From positions 1 to 64,000 of the forward strand of contig JASTWF010000356.1 in the NCBI GenBank assembly GCA_030390025.1: DNA of 64,000 nt, given 5' to 3'. The DNA is from Squalus acanthias (Eukaryota). The first letter of the stretch is position 1. The number at the start of each line of letters is the position of its first letter. A program made the translations under genes and the position numbers. Of this stretch, positions 37,760 through 52,041 are shown piece after piece. Below the pieces are notes generated by a model, which made no database searches, was not told the DNA's origin, and saw only the letters and a list, made by a program, of their open reading frames with translations.

Positions 37760-39215
37760 ATCTCTGTGAGTGTGCGGAATGTACCTGATTTCAGGCCAGT
37801 GCTAGGTACATGAACTAATTGATCAATGAAGATGTCAGTCAGTCTCACAGGCCAATTCAAACCAAGGATTAAATTATTTATCCCAAGGAGCAATCTGCAT
37901 CACTTGTTATTCATCTTTGGGAGAGGTGGCAGGACGTTGAATACCTTTTTCTGAGATATTTGTACGGTGTAGATTTTCCATTGTATGTTTTCCTAATGAC
38001 AGGTCAGTATCTGTAGAACAGCAAGGGGCAGAATAGTGATGGGTCCACCAACCTCCGGGGATCTAATGCAACAGACTGATTTGGTGCAGAATCCAAAATA
38101 AAACGCTACTCATCTTTGTGACAATGTCTCAAACTCGAATATAGGATGATACAATAAATGGAGGTGGAATATTGTGGAAAAGAAGATGTTTGCACTTAAA
38201 AAGGAATGGATTCTATTCCACTCTAAAGTTGGAGGGTCTGGTTTCAGTGTGTCAGGGAATGTGAAAAGTGGGACTACTTTGCCTTTACAGCAGCTGACAC
38301 CATACTCGGGGCTGGAGGATTCGGAATGTTGTTTAAACAGCACCAAAAATATCATGAATTCCTCTAACGATAACATTTCGACTTATCTAAATAGTGCTCC
38401 TTTTCTTTTTTCCAATCCTTTTCATAAATCCCGATCAGAGGGGTGTAGATACAAAGGCTATTGCCACAATTACCCGAGAGGCACCTTTATGCCACTGTAC
38501 CTTACCTCCCTCCCATGACAAATGCTGTGAATGTTGTGGGCAGAGAGTCTCCACTTTCCTCCACCAGAGGAAACATTGCGAATACCTGAGCTGGAGGGAC
38601 AGCATCTCGATCCTCCACCCCTTTTTACTTGCCATTGCCCCGGGAAATAAGTATTCCCCAGATCCATAGAAGAGGAAAATTGCGGTCTTTCTCATGTCCA
38701 CCGAATCCAACTCCTGTGCATGTATGATTTGCGAGCTGCCAAATCCAGCTCCTGCCCGCGGAAACTACAACTGATGATTGGTAATCAGGGGTTAAACCTG
38801 TCTCCAGGTGACATCACAAAGGGAGCATGGAGTCAATCACACAGCAGCCAGCGTAGGCCCCACCCACTGGCGGTGTGACCGGTTGAAATGTCCAGGCTCT
38901 GCTCCTGGTGCAGTCGCACTGGACTCGAGCACAGGTTGCAGGATCTGCCCATTAGTGTTATGGACCGATCTCTGAGCCCCGCTCCTGCGTAACGACGCAG
39001 CAGGCAGAGAGCACAGCCCCTAATATTACATTTTATTACTCTTGCGTCCCAAACTCCAAATGTGAGGTCCCAGTATTCATTGTCCTTCACCTACCAATGT
39101 CTCCTAATATTTTTCCTCTCCTTTGCAACTGCGAACTAAGCATTCCCCAGAATCATAGAAGAGGAATATGCGGACTTGTGTTACATCCAAGGATCCTCCT
39201 GCTGTCAATGTATGA
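37760..39215 (-). pseudogene. Unidentified multicopy unit (promoter-like module plus decayed reading frame), copy 1
   Basis: Paralogues at 43240-43410 plus 45190-46330 and at 53000-54070; module also at 36910-37340; no product recognised. Confidence 0.4.
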
Positions 39216-42200
39216 TGTAAATCTGCACCTAAACTCCATTTACCTGCCTTGATTCCATAACCCTTGAAACCCTTGCTTAACAAAAATCTTTCAATCTCAG
39301 TTTTGAAATTTTTAATAAACTAGCCTCAACAGCATTTTGGGGGAGAGAGTTCCAGATTTCCATTCTGTTTTGTGTGAAGAAGAGCTTCCTGAATAATCCA
39401 TGAATAGCCTGGATCTCATTTAAAAATTATGCCCCTTTGTTCTCGACAACCCCAGCAGAGTAGAACCTTTCTCTGCATCTACCCCATCAACTCATTTTAA
39501 TCATCTTAAACACCTCAATTAGATCACTGGTTAATCTTCTTCACTCGCGGGAAAAGAAGCCCAGTCTGTGCAGCCTGTCCTCATAATTTAACCCTTTCTG
39601 CCCCGGTATCATTTTGGTGAATCTGCAGTAACCAGACTGAACACTACTGTAAATGGGGTCTAACCAGAGCTTTATATAACTGACATCAATTGAACTCCTT
39701 CATATTCCTGCCGCTTCAGATAAAGAACAACATTGCATTAGAATTTCTATTAAATTATTTTTGATCCACGTCCACTCGCTTTTAGTAAGTTCTGTACTTG
39801 GACCCCTAAATCTCGCTGCTCCACCACCATTCCCAAAACCTCACCATTACGAAAATATCAATTGCTCACATTAATTTCCATCTGCCACGGTTTATTTCCA
39901 AATCACTTAATCAATGTCCCTTTGCAACCTTCTGCTCTCATCCACACCATTTACTGTGCCACCTAACTCGGTGTTGTCAACACATTGGATGTATAGCATT
40001 CTATTTGTTCATCCAAATAATTTATAAATATGGAGGAAAGCTGAGGCCCAGTACTGATTCCTGGACGAAACCATTACTCACATCCTGCCAATTTAAATAT
40101 GTATCGATTAACCCTACTTTCTGTCTCGTACCTCCAAATCATTTCTCTACCCAGGTCAAAACATTGCTTCCAATTCCATGCGCTCTCGTTTATGATAATA
40201 GTTTATTTTCTTGAATCTTTCCGAATGCGCTCTGCAAGTCCATATAAATAGCATCCGTGGACAAATACATATCTACAACATTAGTTACCTGTTCAAAATT
40301 TTCAGCTAAGTTCGTGAGACACGACTTACCCTTTACAAATCCATGCTGGTTCTCTCTGCTGAACTCATATTTGTCCAAGTGCTCAGTCACTCTGTTCCCA
40401 ACAACAGATTCTAGTAACATCCGATGACATAAGATCGAGTGATAGGTCAATAATTTCCTCGTTCTCATAGAATCATAGAATCATCGAAAGTTACAGGATG
40501 GAAGGAGGCCATTTCGGCCAATCGTGTCCGCGCCGGCCAACAAAGAGCTTTCCAGCCTAATCCCATTTCTCAGCTCTTGGTCCTTAGCCCTGCAGGTTAC
40601 AACATCCCAAGTGCACATCCAAATACTTTTTAAATGTGGTAAGGGTTCCTGCCTCTACCACCCTTTCATGCAGTGAGTTCCAGACCCCCAAAAACCCTCT
40701 GGGTCAAGAAATATCCCCTCAAATCCCCTCTAAACCTTGCACCAATTATTTTAAATCTGTGCCCCCTTGTGTTTGACCCCTCTGCTAAGGGAAATAGGTC
40801 CTTTCTATCCATTTTATCTAGGCACCTCATAATAATAAGGTCTCCCCACGGAATCATCTTATCGAATGCCTCTGCAACTCCATATAAATAGCATCCATGT
40901 TCACATCCTTATCTACAACATGAGTTACCTATTCAAAATTACAAATTGGCTCGTTGGACACGACTTATGCTTTACAAACAGGAAATGGCAGAGAAATTAA
41001 ATAAATACTATGTTTCTGTCTTCACGGAGGAAGACAAAGAAAAACATCCAGAAATACGAGAAATCCAATGTGTGACGAGAATGAGAAACTACAATAAATT
41101 AATATCAGTAGAAAAACAGCAGTAGAAAAATTAATGGGACTAAAAGTCGATAAATCCCAAGGATCAGATGACATACATTCTAGGGTTTTGATAAAGGTGG
41201 CCATTGGGATAGTGGACGCATTGGTTGTCTTCCAAATTTCTATAGTTTCTGGAACGTTTCCTGCAGATTGGAGGATAGCAAATGTAAACCCGCTATTTAA
41301 GAAAGGAGGGAGAGAGAAAACGGGGAACTACAGACCTGTTAGCCTCACATCAGCAGTTTGGAAAATTCTGGAATCTATCATAAAGGATGCAATAAATGGG
41401 CACTTGGAAACTAATAGTAAGATAGGGCAGAATCAACATGGATTTATGAAAGGGAAATCCGGTTTGATAAACTTATTGGAGTTATTTGAGGATGTAACTA
41501 TTGGCTTATACACAGGGGTAGATGTGGTGCATTTGGATTTTCAGAAGGCCTTCGATAAGGTCCCACAAAAGAGTTTGGTGAACAATTTTAGGACACTTGG
41601 AATTGGGCGTAATATACTAGCATGAATTGCGAATTGGTTAACAGACAGAAAACAAAGAGTAGGGATAAACGGGTCTTTTTCAGTATGGCAGGCTTTTACT
41701 ACTGGGGTACCGCAAGGATCGGTGCTTGGGACCCAGTTATTCATAATCTATATCAATGATTTGGATGAGGACCCTAAATGTAACATTTCCAAATTTGCTG
41801 ATGGTATAAAGCTAGGTGGCAGTGTCAGTTGTGAAGAGGATCTGAAGAGGCTTCAAGGAGATCTCGACAGGCTCAGTCAGTGGTCGAGAACATGGCAGAT
41901 GTAATATAATGTGGATATATGTGAAGTTATTGACATTGGTAAAAAAAAACAGAAAGGCAGAGTATTTCCTAAATGGTGAAAGACTGGGGAATGCAGATGC
42001 TCAAAGGGTGTGGCTGTCCTTGTACATGAGTCACTTAAAGTGAATGTGCAGGTGCAGCAAACCATTAAGAAGGCAAATGGTATGCTGTCCTTCACTACAA
42101 GAGAATTTTAGTACAGGAGTAAAGAATACTTATTCCAATTATACAGGGCCGTGGTGAGACCACACCTGGAGTACTGTGCACAATTTTGTTCACCTTACCT

Positions 42201-43150
42201 AAGGAAGGATATATTTGCCTTAGAGGGAGTGCAATGAAGGTTCAAGAGATTGATTCCTGGGATGGTGGGACTGTCGTGTGAGAAGAGATTCAGTAAATTA
42301 GACCTTTATTCTCTTGAATTCAGGAGAATGAGAGGGGATCTCATTGAAGCATAGAAAATTATTTCAGGGCTTGATAAAGTGGATGCTGGGAGATTGTTTC
42401 CCTTGGCTGGAGATTAGATCCAGGGGCCACAGCCTCAGGATAATTGTTCGGCCATTCAGGACTGAGATGAGAAGAAATTTCTTCACACAGAGGATCGGGA
42501 ATCTTTGGAATTCTTTAGCTCAGAGGGCTTTGGAGGCTCAGTCATTGGATATATTCCAAACAGAAGTCAATAGATTTCTGACTAGTAAGGGCATCAAGGG
42601 ATATGGCGATAGGGCCGGTGAATGGAGTTGAGGAAGGAGATCAGCCATGATCTCATTGAATGGCGGAGCAGGCTCGATGAGCCGAATGGCCGACTCCTGC
42701 TCCTATTTATTATGTTCTCCCTTTTTTTAAATCCATGCTGGTTCTCTCTGATCAGCTCATATTTGCCCAAGTGCTCAGTCACACTGTTCCTAACAACAGA
42801 TTCTAATCACATCAACAAAAGACGAGCGAGTAATTGGCCAATTATGTCCACGTTTTCCTCTTCTACTCTTCCTAAATGATGGACTGTCTCGACAATTTTC
42901 CAATTCAAGGATAGAATTCTGGAATCAAAGAGATTTGGAAGATTATCTAGATGATGGATAATTTCCTCACCTATTTCGTTTAATAGCCTGCGGTGGAAAG
43001 ATTCAGGACCTAAAGAGTTGTCAATCTTCTTTCTCCTTATTTCCTCCATTACAAATTCATAACTTATATTGAATCTATTAACACCCTCTCCTTAATGTTT
43101 TGCTCATTTTACTCGTATCTCTATTACTGTATCTTCACCCATTACACTGA
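39215..43150. mobile_element. Cluster of nested CR1 fragments (minus 39215-40980, plus 40980-42720, minus 42730-43150)
   Basis: NQHGFMKGKS, DFQKAFDKVP, ISKFAD motifs; tails atagaatcatagaatc. Confidence 0.9.
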
Positions 43151-43414
43151 AGACAGTTGCACATTAATTATTTAGGAAACCTGGTAACTTTGATGTGTTG
43201 CTCGATCCCCGAGAAAAGATTCCTCCCCCGCGCCCAATGCATCAACAACCTTTTGTCTCGTATAGTTTTCCATTGAATGTTTGTTGTAATGACAGGTCAG
43301 TATGTTTTGACCAGAAAGGAGTAGAATAATGATGGGGTCCACCATCCTCCAAGGATGTACTGAAACAACCTGATTTGGATAAAAATCCAACATAAAACCC
43401 CAAAGATCTTGGGA

Positions 43415-45190
43415 AAAATCAAGGGAAATATGAGGCTATTCACTTTGGTAGGAAGGATAGGAAATGGAGAGAAACTTTCAAATGTTGGTGTTCAGAGAGA
43501 TTTGGGTGTCCTCGTGCAAGAAACACAGAGAGCTAGCAGACATGTACAGCACAAATAAGGAAGACAAATGGCATGTTGGCCTTTATTGCAAGGGGGTTGG
43601 TGGAAAAGTGTGAGGATGTCTTGCTACAATTGTAAAGCACCTTGGTGAGACCACACCTGGTGTACTGTGCACAGTTTTGGTCTCCTTATCAATGGAAGCA
43701 TGTACTTGCCTTGGAGGCGGTGCAACGAAGGTTCAGTAGATTGATTCCTGGGATGAAATGGCTGTCCTATGGTGACAGATCGTGTAGAATGGGCCTCTAC
43801 GCTCTGGAATTTAGAAGCATGAGAGGTGATATCATTGAAAGATACAAGATGCTGAAGTGGATTGACAGGTGCTGAGTGGTTGTTTCCCCCGGCTGGACAA
43901 GATTCTGAAGGGGATTGACAGGGTAGATGCTGAAAGATTGACTCCCCTGGCGGTAGTGTCTATAACTAGGAGGCATAGTCTCAGGATAAGGGGTAGGCCA
44001 TTTAAGACCGGGATGAGGAGGAATTTCTTCATTCTGAGGGTTGTGAATCTTTGGAATTTTCTGTCCCAGAGTGCTGTGAATGCTGAGTCTTTGAGTATAT
44101 TCATGGCTGAGATCGATTGATTTTTGGACACTTGGGGAATCAAGGGATATAGAGATCGGGCGGCAAACTGGAGTTGAGGTCGATGATCGGCCATGACCTT
44201 ACTGAATGGCAGAAAACGGCTCGAGTGGCCATATGGACTATTTCTGCTCCTATTTCTTATGTTATGTTCAGAAACACGATAGTAGGGTGATAACAAACAT
44301 AGGAGTATAAGAAACAGGAGAAGGAGTACGCCGTTCAGCCCCTCGAGCCTGCTCTGCCATTCAATATGATCATGGCTGATCTGATCTTGGCCACAACTTC
44401 ACTTTCTCGCCCGCTCTCCATAACCCTTGATTCCCCTGTCGCTCAAATATCTGTCTGTCTCCGCCTTGAATATATTCAATGACACAGCAAGCACAACTCT
44501 CTGGTGTTGAGAATTCCAAAATTCACGACCCTCTGAGAGAAGGAATTCCTCCTCATCTGCGTTTTAATTGAGCGACACCTTCTACTGAGAGGGGACATCC
44601 TCTCTGCATCTACCCTATCAATCCTCCTCACAATCTTATATGTTTCAATAAGAAGACCTCTCATTCTTCTGAACGCCAATGTGTATAGGTCCAACCTGCT
44701 CAACCTTGTGAACCTTCTCTGAACTGCCTCCAATGCAATACCTCCCGCCTTAAATAAGGAAACCAAAACTGAACGTCCTGTACAACTGTAGCAAGACATC
44801 CCTACTGATATATTGCATCCCCCTGCAATAAAGGTCAACATTCCATTTGCCTTCCTAATTAATTGCTGTACCTGCATGCTTACTTCTTGTGTTTGATGTA
44901 CGAGGCCCCCCAGATCCCTCTGTGCCGCAGCATTTTGTAATCTCTCACCATGTAAATAATACTTTGCTTTTCATTCATCCTATCAAAGTTAATAACCACA
45001 CATGGTCCCACATTATAATTCATCTGCCAAGTTGTTGCCCTTTCACTTATTCTATCTATATCCCTTTACAGGCTCTTTGTGTCCTCCTGACAACTTGTAT
45101 TAGCACCTATCTTTGTATCATCAGCAAATGTGCTACAGTATACTCGGTCTCTTTTTCAAAGCCACGAATATAGGTGGTAAATGGCTGAGG
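43415..45190. mobile_element. Two tail-to-tail CR1 3' fragments (plus 43415-44265, minus 44295-45190)
   Basis: VRPHLVYCAQFWSP, RRNFFILRVVNLWN; 3' hairpin/tail sequences facing each other. Confidence 0.88.
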
Positions 45191-46330
45191 ACACAGGATA
45201 AAATATTTTATTTTCTAAGAGATGGAGGAGAAATAATGTGGAAAAGAAGACGTTTGCACTTAAAACAGAATGGAATCTATTCCACTCTACAGTTTGAATG
45301 CCTTGTTTCTGTGTGTCACGGACTGTGAAAAGTGAGAGTATATTGCCTTAACAGACCCCTGACACCGGGCTCCCAGCTGAAGGCTTCTGGCTGCTGTTTT
45401 TGACAGCATCAAAGATCAAATGAATTCATTTGGCTGGAAACATTCTGCGTACCTTTTCAGAACAACTTCACTCTATTGCCAGTCTCTCTCAGAGCTCCCG
45501 TTCAGAGGGCAGCAGCCACAAGAGCTACTAAAGCTTCCAACGGCACCCATTCAAATGGGACCACGCCGAGTGAAACATCAAATTGGAGACACGGTTTGGC
45601 CCCGCTCCCTCATTTCCCTTCCATTATAATATCTGTGCATGTTTTGGGCACAGATGCTCCACCCCCATTTTTCCAGAGGACGTCTAGGGAATCCCATGGA
45701 TGGAGGGAGAGCGTCACGAGGCTCCAACCCTTTTCCTCGACTTTGCCCCGGGGAATTTAGCGTTCTCCAGACCCATAGAAGAGGAATATTGGGGTGTGCG
45801 TCATGCCCACCGATTCCTCCTCCTGTCCATGTATGATGTGCCCGCTGCCGACTGCAGCTCCTGCCCAAGATAACTACAACTGATGAGTTGTTACCCGGGG
45901 ATAAAACCTGTCTCCAGGTGACATTATAAAGGAGCCAGCAGCCAATCACACTGCAGACAGCGCAGGCCCCGCCCACAGGCGGTGTAGTAAGATGACATGG
46001 CCGAGCTCTGCTCCTTGTGCAGTATCACTGGACTGGAGCACAGGATACAGGACCTGACCATCAGTGTTATCGCCTGTCTCCGAGCCCCGCTCCCGCCTAA
46101 CGACGCCCCAGGTAGAGAGCACAGCCCCCAATATTAGGTTTTATGACTCTTGCGTCGCAACCTGCTAATGTGAGATCCGAGTTCTCAATGTCCCCACAAC
46201 CCAATATCTCCACATATCTTTCCTCTCCTTTGCAACTGGGTGCTGAGCATTCCCCAGGCGCATGGAAGAGGAATATAGGGAGTTGTGTCACATCCAAGAT
46301 TCCTCTGCTGTCATTGTATGATGTAAAGCT
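45190..46330 (-). pseudogene. Unidentified multicopy unit, copy 2 (continues at 43240-43410)
   Basis: Minus strand GGGCGGGG...GATTGG...TTTATAA at 45975-45924, followed by sequence homologous to 38145-38760. Confidence 0.4.
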
Positions 46331-46864
46331 GGGCATTGTCCGTGCTGCCCTCGTTGTCAATTCGATAGTGGTGAATTTGCCGCGTTATCCTTTACTATAC
46401 ATTAAGCAGTCTTTCTGTATTAATTTTCAGTTCACTATTTACAAAACCTTAAATAAACCAGACATCAATACGAATAACAACTGAGCGGAACGCTGAGAGT
46501 TTCACAGGAAATAATCAAAAGGGAAAGGGGTGAAATAAAGAAAGAATAAACTAACTTAAAAATGGAAAATGCTGGAAAGACTGAGCAGGTCCTGCAGCAT
46601 CTGTGGAGAAGGAAAGCTCAGATTAATGGTTCAGATGTATGACACTTCAGACTGCAAATTGTAATCCTCGCTTCCTCTCCACTGAAGCATTTGCAGTTTC
46701 TTGCCCGTTTGTTTTTGTAAAACTCTATTCGGATTATGTACTTGCATTTGTTTGTGAGCATCCAGTGCGCAGTGCCGGCCTACTGCGGTTCTTTTGATTG
46801 ACAGCACTCGGTCCACTGGCGAAGGCGACCCGAGGGGCTCCGCTGACTCCATGCTCCGGACAAA

Positions 46865-47240
46865 TATTAATGGGGCCGGGACCCCGGTTAATGGGCCCAC
46901 GACCCCGGTTAATGGGCCCGGGACCCCAGTTAATGGGGCCGTCACCCCGGGTAATGGGACAGTGAACACAGTTAATGGGGCCGTGACCCCGGTTAATGGG
47001 ATGGTTACCCCAGTTAATGGGGAAAACGAGCCCGGTTAATGGGCCCACCACCCCGGTTAATGGGACCATGTCTCCAGTTAATGGGACCGCGACCCCGGTT
47101 AATGGGGCTGTGATAACGGTTAATAGGACTGCGACCCCTGTTAATGGAACTGCGACCCTGTTTAAAGGGACCGTGACCCCGGTTAATGGGACTGCGATGC
47201 CGGTTAATGGGACCGAGATCCTGGTTACTGGGACCGCTCT
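46865..47240. repeat. 21-bp minisatellite (CCGGTTAATGGGACCGTGACC)
   Basis: About 18 tandem units; PVNGTxT periodic translation. Confidence 0.95.
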
Positions 47241-47244
47241 TATT

Positions 47245-48255
47245 CTTTGCTATTGTAGTTGCAAAGCAAATCATACGGCAATATCTAAGTTGGATATCCA
47301 GGCCAAAGCTTCTGGTGTAACAGCGTGGTTATCTTGTAGGCTGCCTGCGAATATCCTCTGAGTTCAGTGCTCAATGATGTGCTCCAGGAGCTGATTAGGA
47401 GCTCCACAGCCGCATGATGGGGATACTTTAAACTTCCATCTATGGAGAAGGTTGCAGCATCTACCATGACCAGTTCTGAGATGGTTGATGGTTGCCCACT
47501 GTTTGCGAGGAAGGTTCGATCCTTCAGGCTGCACTGTGGGGTCCTCTATAAGGAATCCATTTTGTATGTCGCAGTTGTTCCAAGCATTTCGGCATCGGTC
47601 ATGTAGGCCGAGGGGAGATCACTGAAGGGTTTTGGCGACGAAGTGTACCAGTGATAGTTCTCATAGTAGAATTCAGATTGACATCAACAAATTTGACATG
47701 CGCACTTAAAAGCCATTCCGGAGAGCAGTTCTCCGCTGTAGTGTACACCAGGGCGAGTGCTGCCGTACGGAGGGGTTGAGCGTCTTCATGTGGATCCGGC
47801 GAGTTTCTGGATCTAGTTATCCCTACTCTTTAGTTTCTTACCAAGGATCTGGAGATGTTGTCGATATGTCAGAGTGCGAGCAAGCGTGACTCCTAAATAG
47901 GAGGATTTTTTAGGCAAGTTTGACCTCTGTACCGCAAAAGGAGACTTTCAGAGCTTGATTTGCTTTTGGGTGTTGAGGTGAAAGGTCGAGTTGACGGTCG
48001 TTGCAGGTTTGGCCGAAGTCGCCATCGGAGGAAGTAGGCCTTCATCTTCTGTAAATCACTGGTTAGGGTCTATTCCGTGATGGACAGATTCATGTTTTGC
48101 GTGATCAAGGCAATGTCATCAGCGTATACGAACTTGCTGGCCTCTGTTTCAGAGAGGTCACTGGTGTAAATGTGAATAATATCTGTGCCAGGACAGAACC
48201 CTGTGTGAAACCGTTGTTCAATATCCTACATCTGCTCTTCTGGGTGTGAGAGTAC
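47245..48255 (-). mobile_element. Ingi/Vingi-like (I group) LINE RT fragment
   Basis: Minus-strand translation QGSVLA, KFVYADDIALI, YFLRWRL, FHLN, YLGVTL; distinct from CR1. Confidence 0.72.
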
Positions 48256-48326
48256 ACAAAGTACCACTAAGCAGAAACTTAAATCAATCAGGAGGCCTTA
48301 ACCTGAGGTAACCGAAAGCAGCTGAT

Positions 48327-48436
48327 TCCTATGACCAAACCACGATGGACAATCCTGATGAAGGAAACAAAGCAGAGTCGGGCCTGCTTAGTACTCGGAC
48401 GGGAGACCACCTGGGAATACCAAGTACTGTAGGCTT
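48327..48436 (+). pseudogene. 5S rRNA pseudogene with degenerate 5' half
   Basis: agcagagtcgggcctgcttagtactcggacgggagaccacctgggaataccaagtactgtaggctttt matches the 5S 3' half and T-run terminator. Confidence 0.85.
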
Positions 48437-48539
48437 TTCTTGCCACCAGAAGCTGCTGTCAGCCCTGCAATTTCACACTGCTTTCAATCACCAAACGTTT
48501 TGCAGTTTTCTCTCTCTCTCTCTCTCTCTTTCTGTTCGC

Positions 48540-51232
48540 TGTGCCCTCTGGTTCTCGACCCTTCCGCCAATGGGAACAGTTTCACTCTATCTACTCTGTC
48601 TAGAACCCTCATGCATTTGAACACTCCTATCAAATCTCCTCTCAATCTTCTCTGCTCAAAGGAGAAAAACTCCAGCTTCTCTAGTCTATCCACATCAATG
48701 AAGTCCCTCATCCCTGGAATCATTCTCGTAACTCTTTTCTGCACGCTCTCTAAGTACTTCACATCCTTCCTAAAGTGCGGTGCCCAGAATTGGACACAAT
48801 ACTTCAGTTGAGGCCGAACCACTTTTTTTTAAAGGTTTATCATAAATTCCTTGCTTTTGTGCTCTATGCCTCTATGCATGAAGCCCAGGATCCCGTATGA
48901 TTTATTAACCGCTTTTGCAACTTGCCCTACCATCTTCAACGAAGGGTGCACCCCCAGGTCTCTCTGTTTATGTTTAACCTTTAGGATTGTAACCTTTAGA
49001 TTACATTGCCTCTCCTCGTTCTTCCGAACAAAAAGTTTCACTTCTCACTTTTCGGCATTACATTTAATCTGCCACGTTGCCGCCCATTTCACAATACCTG
49101 TCTATGTCTTCTTGATGTCTATCACTATCCTCCTCACAATTCCCAATACTTCGAAGCTTTGTTTCCTCTGTAAATTTTGAAATTGTGTCCTTTATACACA
49201 ATTGCAAGCCATTAATATATATCAAGAAATGCAGTGGTCCTGGTACCGACCCCTAGGGAACACCACTGTATAGCTTCCTCCAGTCCGAAAAAGAACCGTG
49301 CACCACTACTCTCTGTTTCCTGTCTCTTGACCAATGCCGTATCCATGCTGTCACTGTCGCTTTTATTCCATGGGCTTCAACCCTGATGGCAAGCCAATTA
49401 TGTGACACTATATGAAAACCTTTTGGAAGTCCATATACAAAACGTCAACCGAATTTCCATCATCAGCCCTCTCTGATACCTCATAAAAAAACTCGATTAA
49501 GTTAGTTAAACACGATTTCACTTTACCAGTCCATGCTGGCTTTCCTTAATCAATGCACATTTGTATAAGTGACTGTTAATTTTGTCCCTGATCTCGTTTC
49601 CAAAAGCGTACCTACTACCGAAGACAAACTGACTGGCCTCTAGTTGCTGGGTTTATCCTTACATTCTTTTTTGAGAAAGGATGTAACATTTGCAATTCTC
49701 CAGTCCTCTGGCAACACACCCGTATCTTGGGTGATTATGGCGAGTACCTCAGCGATTTCCTCCTGAACCTTCTCGGCATCCTAAGATGCATCACATCCGG
49801 TCCTGGTGACTTATCAACTTTAATTTCAGACAGCCTTTCAATCACCTACTGTTTAACAATTTTTATCCGATCCAGTACCTCAACTACCTCCTTATTCACT
49901 ATGACTTTGGCAGCATATTCTACCTTGGTGAAGACAGATAGAAAGTACTCATTTAATACCTCAGACATGCTCTCTGCCTTCATGTATAGGTTTCCTTTTT
50001 GTACCTAATCTGCCCCACCATTCCTCTTATTTCCCGTTTATGATGTATATGCCTATATAAGATTTTTGAATTCCCTTTTATGTTAACTGCCAATCTATTC
50101 TCATACTCTCTCTTTGCCCCTCCTTTTTCCATTCTCACTTCCCCGCTGAACGCTTTATATTCAGCCTTGGTCTCACTTATATTCTCAACCTGACATGTTT
50201 CATACGCACTCTTTTTCTGCTTCAGCTTATTCTACTCTTTTGTCATCCAGGGAATTATGGTTTTAGTTGCCCTACCTTTCCCTCGAGTGGGAATGTACCT
50301 TGAATGTACCGGAACCATCTCCTCTTTAAAGGCACCCCATTGTTCGATTGCAGTATTGCCTGCCGATCTTTGATTCCAATTTACCCGGGCCAGATCCTTT
50401 GTCAACCCACTGAAATAGGCCTTCCTCTAATTAAGTATTTTACTCTAGATTGCTTCCTGTCCTTTTCCACAGTTAATCGAAACCTAAATACAGTACTAGG
50501 ATGACTATTCCCTAAATGTTGCGATACTGACACTTTCTCCTCTTGACCAACCTCATTCCCAGAGGCTGTCCTGAACAGAGGAACATTCACCATCACCACT
50601 ACTCAGAACAGAATATTTGTTGGAGAACGAGTTGTACTCGGGGGACTCCTGCACTGTCTGCCTGGCACTCCTCATCTGTCTGGCAATCAATCATTCCCTC
50701 TCTGCCGGCCCAATCCTTAGCTGCGGTGTGACCACCTCCTGAAACGTGCTATCAACATAGCTCTCAGACGCGCGAATGCACCTCAGTGACGCCAGCTGCT
50801 GCTCAAGCTTCAAAAGCCGGAGTTCAGGCCCCTCCAGCTGAGGACACCTGCTGCACACGTGATTGTCCAGGACACGGGAAGCGTCCTTGATTTCCAACAA
50901 GGCAGAGGATGTGCATTCCGTTGGACAGAGTTGCCCTGCCATGCTTTTATTTATTCGACTATTCGACTAACTTCTTTTTTTTAAGTAAGTTACAGAAAAA
51001 ACCTTAAGACTTCAAAAAACAATGGCCAATTACTCTCCAACCAGCTGCTTCCCCTGCACTGACGTCACTTACATCACTCCCTGGCACTCGCGCTCCCTCC
51101 GGGCTCTTGGACCTCCCTTTATCTGCGTCCGCTCCGTTCGCTGTCCCGCAGGTCCGCCCTCGTGTCTATTAATTTAGTAACCTTGGGCTCTCTGGCTCCA
51201 CTCCTGGAGACAGACGTCTCCACCGCCTTCCT
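48540..51232 (-). mobile_element. CR1 LINE with 5' UTR, ORF1 start and internally deleted ORF2, inserted in the 5S array
   Basis: MAGQLCPTECTS ORF1-like start; VRPQLKYCVQFWAPHF; RT motifs. Confidence 0.88.
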
Positions 51233-51451
51233 CCTCTGTAGGCTTTTCTTGCCAGCAGAAGCTGTACTCAGCCCTGCAAATTCACGCTGCTTTCAGTCAC
51301 CAAACTGTTTGCAGCTACCTCTCTCATCTCTCTTTATTTTAGTTCGTTGTTATTTGCCTCACGAAGGGAAGACATCGATACACAGCACCACTAAACAGAA
51401 TAGGAAGTCCATCGGGAATCTTTAACCTGAGGAAAACCAGGAACGGCAGAC

Positions 51452-51571
51452 ACCTACGGGTGAGCTGCTCTGGACACGCCCGACCTCGTCTGATCTCGGA
51501 AACTAAGCAGAGAAAGGCCTGGCTAGTACTTGGCCGGGAGACCGCCTGGGAATACCAGGTGCTGTAGGCTT
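51452..51571 (+). rRNA. 5S rRNA, full length but diverged (probable pseudogene)
   Basis: 120-nt match to vertebrate 5S (cgcccgacctcgtctgatctcggaaactaagcag...gggagaccgcctgggaataccaggtgctgtaggctt) with substitutions near the 5' end and in the internal promoter. Confidence 0.9.
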
Positions 51572-51725
51572 ATTTTGCCAGCTGGATCTGTTCTCAGCCT
51601 TGCAGATTCACGCTACTTTCAATCATCAAACTATTTGCAGTTCTCTCTCTCTTTCTCTCCCTCTATCTGTTCGCTGTAATTTGCTACATGAAGGGAAGAC
51701 GGCGAGACACCGTACCAATAAATAG

Positions 51726-52041
51726 TGTTGCACTGCTTTCTTGTTCTTTTTCGTTTCGTTGCTTTGAACGACAGTCTGCATACACACTCAGTTGTAGTAA
51801 TGCAGGATCAAGTCTTTATTGAAACCTCATAATATCCACAAGCAGTATGACTGCACAAGTCTCTTTCGTGCTGCAAAAAACTATCTGTGAATTGCTGAAA
51901 CACAAACTATCCATGATTCCAGTGTGAGCTGCTCACCAGTGTTCCATTATATTCCTTACAATAAATTGTGCCTTTGATCACCACATTCCATGCATACTAG
52001 CAATACATCATGGTACTTTAATGGTACATACAAATACCACA
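51726..52041 (-). mobile_element. Possible solo LTR interrupting the 5S spacer
   Basis: TGTTG...ACCACA ends, minus-strand AATAAA near 51818; no clean TSD. Confidence 0.35.

Noticed and set aside
46631..47361. PVNG-repeat or antifreeze-like protein
   Set aside because: 21-bp minisatellite with a frameshift near 47010 and no gene structure
48354..48368. CTGATGA...GAAA hammerhead-like core
   Set aside because: No helix II or flanking helices; it lies in the decayed 5' half of a 5S pseudogene
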